Source of the DNA: Eledone cirrhosa | Taxonomy: Eukaryota | NCBI GenBank assembly: GCA_964016885.1 | Contig: OZ024744.1 | Span: 21,142,001-21,206,000, forward strand | Reading direction: 5' to 3' | Length of the DNA: 64,000 bases | Shown here: one piece after another, positions 55,901 through 64,000 of the stretch | How the letters are laid out: the number at the start of each line of letters is the position of its first letter | How positions within the stretch are numbered: position 1 is the first letter of the stretch | The notes under the pieces: model-generated | Told to the model about the DNA's origin: nothing | The model's database searches: none | What the model saw: the letters and a program-made list of their open reading frames with translations, nothing else | Made by a program: the position numbers and the translations under genes

Positions 55901-58900
55901 ACAACAGTTCAACCTTAAGAACTGACTCGTTTTAACAACAGTTGAATCTTAAGAACTGACTCGTTTTAACAACAGTTGAATCCTAAGAACTGACTCGTTT
56001 TAACAACAGCTGATTCTTAAGATAAAACTCGTTTTAACAACAGTTGAATCTTAAGAACTGACTCGTTTTAACAACAGTTGAATCTTAAGATAAAACTCGT
56101 TTTAACAACAGTTGAATCTTAAGAACTGACTCGTTTTATCAACAGTTCAACCTTAAGAACTGACTCGTTTTAACAACAGTTGAATCATCAAATCAAACTC
56201 GTTTTAACAACAGTTGAATCTTAAGAACTGACTCGTTTTAACATCAGTTCAACCTTAAGAGCTGACTCGTTTAACAACAGTTGAATCTTCAAATAAAACT
56301 CTTTTAACAACAGTTGAATCTTAAGAACTGACTCGTGTTAACAACAGTTGTGAATCTTAAGATAAAACTAGTTTTAACAACAGTTCAACCTTAAGAACTG
56401 ACTCGTTTTAACAACAGTTGAATCTTCAAATAAAACTCGTTTTAACAACAGTTGAATCTTAAGAACTGACTCGTTTTAACAACAGTTGAATGTTAAGATA
56501 AAACTCGTTTTAACAACAGCTGAATCTTAAGATAAAACTCGTTTTAACAACAGTTCAAACTTAAGAAATGTCTCGTTTTAACAACTGTTGAATCTTATGA
56601 ACTGACACATTTTAACAACAGTTGAATCTTAAGAACTGATTCGTTTTAACAACAGTTGAATCTTCAAATAAAACTCGTTTTAACAACAGTTGAATCTTAA
56701 GAACTGACTCGTTTTAACAACAGTTGAATGTTAAGATAAAACTCGTTTTAACAACAGTTGAATCTTAAGAACTGACTCGTTTTAACAACAGTTGAATCTT
56801 CAAATAAAACTCGATTTAACAACAGTTGAATCTTAAGAACTGACTCGTTTTAACAACAGTTGAATCTTAAGAACTGACTCGTTTTAACAACAGTTAAATC
56901 TTAATAACTGACTCGTTTTAACAACAGTTGAATGTTAAGTTAAACCTCGTTTTAACAATAGTTGAATCTTAAGAACTGACTCGTTTTAACAACAGTTGAA
57001 TCTTATGAACTGACTCATTTTAGCAACAGTTGAATCTTAAGATAACATTCGTTTTAACAACAGTTGAATCTTAAGATAAAACTCGTTTTAACAACAGTTG
57101 AATCTTAAGAACTGACTCGTTTCATCAACAGATCAACCTTAAGAACTGACTCGTTTTAACAACAGTTGAATCTTCAAATAAAACTCGTTTTAACAACAAT
57201 TGAGTCTTAAGAACTGACTCGTTTTAACAACAGTTGAATCTTAAGAACTGACTCGTTTTAACAACAGTTGAATCTTAATATAAAACTCGTTTTAACAACA
57301 GTTGAATCTTAAGAACTGACTCGGTTTAACAACCGCTGAATCTTAAGATAAAACTCGTTTTAACAACAGTTGAATCTTAAGAACTGACTCGTTTTAACAA
57401 CAGTTGAATCTTAAGATAAAACTCGTTTTAACAACAGTTGAATCTTATGAGCTAACTCATTTTAACAACAGTTGAATCTTAAGTTAAGACTCGTTTTAAC
57501 AACAGTTGAATCTTAAGAACTGACTCGTTTTAACGACAGCTGAATCTTAAGATAAAACTTGTTTTAAGAACAGTTGAATCTTAAAGATAAAACTCGCTTT
57601 AACAACAGTTGAATCTTAAGAACTGACTCGTTTTAACAACAGTTGAATCTTAAGACAAAACCCGTTTTAACAACAGTTGAATCTTAAGAACTGTCTCGTT
57701 TTAACAACAGTTGAATCTTAAGATAAACCTCGTTTTAACAACAGATTAATCTTAAGAACTGACTCGTTTTAACAACAGTTGAATCTTAAGACAAAACTCG
57801 TTTTAACAACAGTTGAATCTTAAGAACTGACTTGTTCTAACAACAGTTCAGCCTCAAGAACTGACTCGTTTTAAAACAGTTGAATCGTTAGATCTGACTC
57901 GTTTTAACAACAGTTGAATCTTAAAATAAAACTCGTTTTAACAATAGTTGAAACTCAAGAACTGACTCGTTTTAGCAACAGTTGAATCTTAATAACTGAC
58001 TCGTTTTAACAACAGTTGAATGTTAAGATAAAACTCGTTTTAACAATAGTTGAATCTTAAGAACTGACTCGTTTTAACAACAGTTGAATCTTAAGATAAA
58101 ACTCGTTTTAACAACTGTTGAATCTTAAGAACTGACTCGTTTTAACAACAGTTGAATCTTCAAATTAAACTCGTTTTAACAACAGTTGAATCTTAAGAAC
58201 TGACTCGTTTTAACAACAGTTGAATGTTAAGATAAAACTCGTTTTAACAATAGTTGAATCTTAAGAACTGACTCGTTTTAACAACAGTTGAATCTTAAGA
58301 TAAAACTCGTTTTAACAACAGTTGAATCTTAAGAAATGACTCGTTTTAACAACAGCTGAATCTTAAGATAAAACTCGTTTTAACAACAGTTCAAACTTAA
58401 GAAATGACTCGTTTTAACAAAAGTTGAATATTATGAACTGACTCATTTTAACAACAGTTGAATCTTAAGATAACATTCGTTTTAACAACAGTTGAATCTT
58501 AAGAACTGACTCGTTTTAACGACAGTTGAATCTTAGGATAATTCTCGTTTTAACAACAGTTGAATCTTAAAGATAAAACTCGCTTTAACAACAGTTGAAT
58601 CTTAAGAACTGACTCGTTTTAACAACAGTTGAATCTTAAGACAAAACCCGTTTTAACAACAGTTGAATATTAAGAACTGACTCGTTTTAACAACAGTTGA
58701 ATCTTAAGATAAAACTCGTTTTAACAACAGTTGAATCTTAAGAACTGACTCGTTTTATCAACAGTTCAACCTTAAGATCTGACTCGTTTTAACAACAGTT
58801 GAATCTTCAAGTAAAACTGGTTTTAACAACAGTTGAATCTTAAGAACTGACTCGTATTAACAACAGTTGAATGTTAAGATAAAACTCGTTTTAACAATAG

Positions 58901-59040
58901 TTGAATCTTACGAAGTGATTCGTTTTAACAACAGTTGAATCTTAAGATAAAACTCGTTTTAACAACATTTGAATCTTAAGAACTGACTCGTTTTAACAAC
59001 AGTTGAATCTTAAGAACTGACTCGTTTTAACAACAGTTGA
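52330..59040 (+). repeat. More diverged duplication of about 3.6 kb (approx. 52330-55430 / 55970-59040)
   Basis: GATCAACC lies at 53562 and 57131 (offset 3569); ATAATTCTCG at 54935 and 58538 (3603). Several point differences and monomer gains/losses separate the copies. Confidence 0.75.
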
Positions 59041-62000
59041 ATCTTAAGATAAAACTCGTTTTAACAACAGTTGAATCTTAAGAACTGACTCGTTTCATCA
59101 ACAGATCAACCTTAAGAACTGACTCGTTTTAACAACAGTTGAATCTTCAAATAAAACTCGTTTTAACAACAATTGAATCTTAAGAACTGACTCGTTTTAA
59201 CAACAGTTGAATCTTGAGAACTGATTCGTTTTAACAACAGTTGAATCTTAAGATAAAACTCGTTTTAACAACAGTTGAATCTTAAGAACGGACTCGTTTT
59301 AACAACACCTGAATCTTAAGATAAAACTCGTTTTAACAACAGTTGAATCTTAAGAACTGATTCGTTTTAACAACAGTTCAAACTTAAGAACTGACTCGTT
59401 TTAACAACAGTTGAATCTTATGAACTGACTCATTTTAACAACAGTTGAATCTTAAGATAACATTCGTTTTAACAACAGTTGAATCTTAAGAACTGACTCG
59501 TTTTAACAACAGTTGAATCTTAAAGATAAAACTCGTTTCGACAACAGTTGAATCTTAAGAACTGACTCGTTTTAACAACAGCTGAATCTTAAGATAAAAC
59601 TCGTTTTAACAACAGTTGAATCTTAAGATAAAACTCGTTTTAACAACAGTTGAATCTTAAGAACTGACTCGTTTTAACGACAGCTGAATCTTAAGATAAA
59701 ACTCGTTTTAACAACAGTTCAAACTTAAGAAATGACTCGTTTTAACAACAGTTGAATCTTATGAACTGACTCATTTTAACAACAGTTGAATCTTAAAAAC
59801 TGATTCGTTTTAACAACAGTTGAATCTTAAGATAAAACTCGTTTTAACAACAGTTGAATCTTAAGAACAGACTCGTTTTAACAACAGCTGAATCTTAAGA
59901 TAAAACTCGTTTTAACAACAGTTGAATCTTAAGAACTGACTCGTTTTAACAACAGCTGAATCTTAAGATAAAACTCGTTTTAACAACAGTTGAATCTTAA
60001 GATAAAACTCGTTTTAACAACAGTTGAACCTTATGAGCTAACTCATTTTAACAACAGTTGAATCTTAAGTTAAGACTCGTTTTAACAACAGTTGAATCTT
60101 AAGAACTGACTCGTTTTAACAACAGCTGAATCTTAAGATAAAAATCGTTTTAACAACAGTTGAATCTTAAGATAAAACTCGTTTTAACAACAGTTGAATC
60201 TTAAGAACTGACTCGTTTTAACAACAGTTGAATCTTAAGATAAAAATCGTTTTAACAACAGTTGAATCTTATGAGCTAACTCATTTTAACAACAGTTGAA
60301 TCTAAAGTTAAGACTCGTTTTAACAACAGTTGAATCTTAAAAACTGACTCGTTTTAACGACAGCTGAATCTTAAGATAAAACTTGTTTTAACAACAGTTG
60401 AATCTTAAAGATAAAACTCGCTTTAACAACAGTTGAATCTTAAGAACTGTCTCGTTTTAACAACAGATGAATCTTAAGACAAAACCCGTTTTAACAACAG
60501 TTGAATCTTAAGAACTGTCTCGTTTTAACAACAGTTGAATCCTAAGATAAACCTCGTTTTAACAACAGATTAATCTTAAGAACTGACTCGTTTTAACAAC
60601 AGTTGAATCTCAAGACAAAACTCGTTTTAACAACAGTTGAATCTTAAGAACTGACTTGTTCTAACAACAGTTCAGCCTCAAGAACTGACTCGTTTTAAAA
60701 CAGTTGAATCGTTAGATCTGACTCGTTTTATCAACAGTTGAATCTTAAAATAAAACTCGTTTTAACAATAGTTGAATCTCAAGAACTGACTCGTTTTAGC
60801 AACAGTTGAATCTTAATAACTGACTCGTTTTAACAACAGTTGAATCTTAAGATAAAACTCGTTTTAACAACTGTTGAATCTTAAGAACTGACTCATTTTA
60901 ACAACAGTTGAATCTTCAAATAAAACTCGTTTTAACAACAGTTGAATCTTAAGAACTGACTCGTTTTAACAACAGTTGAATGTTAAGATAAAACTCGTTT
61001 TAACAATAGTTGAATCTTAAGAACTGACTCGTTTTAACAACAGTTGAATCTTAAGATAAAACTCGTTTTAACAACAGTTGAATCTTAAGAAATGACTCGT
61101 TTTAACAACAGCTGAATCTTAAGATAAAACTCGTTTTAACAACAGTTCAAACTTAAGAAATGACTCGTTTTAACAAAAGTTGAATATTATGAACTCACTC
61201 ATTTTAACAACAGTTGAATCTTAAGATAACATTCGTTATAACAACAGTTGAATCTTAAGAACTGATTCGTTTTAACAACAGTTGAATCTTAAGATAAAAC
61301 TCGTTTTAACAACAGTTGAATCTTAAGAACGGACTCGTTTTAACAACAGCTGAATCTTAAGATAAAACTCGTTTTAACAACAGTTGAATCTTAAGAACTG
61401 ATTCGTTTTAACAACAGTTCAAACTTAAGAACTGATTCGTTTTAACAACAGTTGAATCTTATGAACTGACTTATTTTAACAACAGTTGAATCTTAAGATA
61501 ACATTCGTTTTAACAACAGTTGAATCTTAAGAACTGACTCGTTTTAACAACAGTTGAATCTTAAGATAAAACTCGTTTTAACAACAGTTGAATCTTAAGA
61601 ACTGACTCGTGTTAACGACAGCTGAATCTTAATATAAATCTCGTTTTAACAACAGTTGAATCTTAAAGATAAAACTCGCTTTAACAACAGTTGAATCTTA
61701 AGAACTGACTCGTTTTAACAACAGTTGAATCTTAAGACAAAACCCGTTTTAACAACAGTTGAATATTAAGAACTGTCTCGTTTTAACAACAGTTGAATGT
61801 TAAGATAAAACTCGTTTTAACAATAGTTGTATCTTAAGAACTGACTCGTTTTAACAACAGTTGAATCTTAAGATAACACTCGTTTTAACAACAGTTGAAT
61901 CTTAAGAACTGACTCGTTTCATCAACAGTTCAACCTTAAGAACTGACTCGTTTTAACAACAGTTGAATCTTCAAATAAAACTCGTTTTAACAACAGTTGA

Positions 62001-64000
62001 ATCTTAAGAACTGACTCGTTTTAACAACAGTTGAATGTTAAGATAAAACTCGTTTTAACAACAGTTGAATCTTAAGAACTGACTCGTTTTAACAACAGCT
62101 GAATCTTAAGATAAAACTCGTTTTAACAACAGTTGAATCTTAAGAACTGACTAGTTTTAACATCAGTTCAACCTTAAGAGCTGACTCGTTTAACAACAGT
62201 TGAATCTTCAAATAAAACTCTTTAAACAACAGTTGAATCTTAAGAACTGACTCGTTTTAACATCAGTTCAACCTTTAGAGCTGAATCGTTTAACAACAGT
62301 TGAATCTTCAAATAAAACTCTTTAAACAACAGTTGAATCTTAAGAACTGACTCGTATTAACAACAGTTGAATGTTAAGATAAAACTCGTTTTAACAATAG
62401 TTGAATCTTAAGAACTGATTCGTTTTAACAACAGTTGAATCTTAAGATAAAACTCGTTTTAACAACAGTTGAATCTTAAGATAAAACTCGTTTTAACAAC
62501 AGTTGAATCTTAAGAACTGACTCGTTTTAACAACAGCTGAATCTTAAGATAAAACTCGTTTTAACAACAGTTGAATCTTTAGAACTGACTCGTTTTATCA
62601 ACAGTTCAACCTTAAGAACTGACTCGTTTTAACAACAGTTGAATCTTCAAATAAAACTCGTTTTAACAACAGTTGAATCTTAAGAACTGACTCGTTTTAA
62701 CAACAGTTGAATGTTAAGATAAAACTCGTTTTAACAACAGTTGAATCTTAAGAACTGACTCGTTTTAACAACAGCTGAATCTTAAGATAAAACTCGTTTT
62801 AACAACAGTTGAATCTTAAGAACTGACTCGTTTTAACATCAGTTCAACCTTAAGAGCTGACTCGTTTAACAACAGTTGAATCTTCAAATAAAACTCTTTA
62901 AACAACAGTTGAATCTTAAGAACTGACTCGTTTTAACATCAGTTCAACCTTTAGAGCTGAATCGTTTAACAACAGTTGAATCTTCAAATAAAACTCTTTA
63001 AACAACAGTTGAATCTTAAGAACTGACTCGTGTTAACAACAGTTGAATCTTAAGATAAAACTAGTTTTAACAACAGTTCAACCTTAAGAACTGACTCGTT
63101 TTAACAACAGTTGAATCTTAAGAACTGACTCGTTTTAACAACAGTTGAATCTTAAGATAAAACTCGTTGTAACAACAGTTGAATCTTAAGAACTGACTCG
63201 TTTTAACATCAGTTGAATGTTAAGATAAAACTCGTTTTAACAACAGTTGAATCTTAAGAACTGACTCTTTTAACAACAGCTGAATCTTAAGATAAAACTC
63301 GTTTTAACAACAGTTCAAACTTAAGAAATGTCTCGTTTTAACAACTGTTGAATCTTATGAACTGACACATTTTAACAACAGTTGAATCTTAAGATAACAT
63401 TCGTTTTAACAACAGTTGAATCTTAAGAACTGATTCGTTTTAACAACAGCTGATTCTTAAGATAAAACTCGTTTTAACAATAGTTGAATCTTAACAACTG
63501 AATCGTTTTAACAACAGTTCAACCTTAAGAACTGACTCGTTTTAACAACAATTGAATCTTCAAATAAAACTCGATTTAACAACAGTTGAATCTTAAGAAC
63601 TGACTCGTTTTAACAAGAGTTGAATCTTAAGAACTGACTCGTTTTAACAACAGTTAAATCTTAATAACTGACTCGTTTTAACAACAGTTGAATGTTAAGT
63701 TAAAACTCGTTTTAACAATAGTTGAATCTTAAGAACTGACTCGTTTTAACAACAGTTGAATCTTATGAACTGACTCATTTTAGCAACAGTTGAATCTTAA
63801 GATAACATTCGTTTTAACAACAGTTGAATCTTAAGATAAAACTCGTTTTAACAACAGTTGAATTATTAAGAACTGACTCGTTTCATCAACAGATCAACCT
63901 TAAGAACTGACTCGTTTTAACAACAGTTGAATCTTCAAATAAAACTCGTTTTAACAACAATTGAATCATAAGAACTGACTCGTTTTAACAACAGTTGAAT

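Larger units (their letters stand above)
1..64000 (+). repeat. Tandem satellite DNA array with a 34-bp monomer (types A/B, 68-bp dimer), about 1,880 monomers, extending beyond both window edges
   Basis: ACTCG starts recur at 2, 36, 70 (34-bp period), and the core GTTTTAACAACAGTTGAATCTTAAG recurs through the last line. The 5-bp variable segment is mostly AACTG or ATAAA. I saw no inverted monomers or unique-sequence interruptions. Confidence 0.99.

Noticed and set aside
1-64000. Repeat-encoded protein or long ORF
   Set aside because: The consensus has TAA, TGA and TAA at monomer positions 9, 19 and 26, closing all three + frames. The minus strand has two TAA per monomer, and the 34-bp period shifts frame each unit, so all frames close within a few monomers under the standard code.
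1-64000. Telomeric repeat, rDNA spacer subrepeats, tRNA-derived array or plasmid iterons
   Set aside because: There is no G-rich short unit, no rRNA or tRNA sequence, and no rep gene. The array is far longer than iteron or spacer arrays.
1-64000. A/B monomer order as an information-bearing code or a diversity-generating cassette library
   Set aside because: The order is accounted for by dimer alternation plus block duplications and deletions. No recombinase, reverse transcriptase or expression site is present.
1-64000. Synthetic or simulated repeat, or pure sequencing artefact
   Set aside because: Hierarchically shared variants, stepwise mutation series and regional subfamilies are what naturally evolved satellite shows. 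Individual duplications could still be misassembled.

Overview
The whole 64 kb window is one uninterrupted, single-orientation tandem satellite array. It is AT-rich (about 30% GC) and built from a 34-bp monomer, roughly 1,880 copies. Two monomer types largely alternate to give a 68-bp dimer: type A ACTCGTTTTAACAACAGTTGAATCTTAAG-AACTG and type B ACTCGTTTTAACAACAGTTGAATCTTAAG-ATAAA. I see no protein-coding genes, RNA genes, transposons or CRISPR spacers; the consensus has a stop codon in all three + frames. The interest lies in the internal organisation. Rare variant monomers act as barcodes and reveal nested, overlapping higher-order tandem duplications with offsets of about 0.2-0.75, 2.1, 3.6, 4.2/5.4, 5.3, 7.4/7.5 and 8.5 kb, all near-integer multiples of 34. 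They also show a subfamily transition near 44-46.5 kb, stepwise mutation series, a probable conversion patch, and a monomer made largely of short dyad symmetries. This fits eukaryotic (peri)centromeric or heterochromatic satellite DNA, but the organism and function cannot be determined from the sequence. I found no evidence for a novel gene system. Block boundaries were estimated by eye and are accurate only to about 1-3 monomers.
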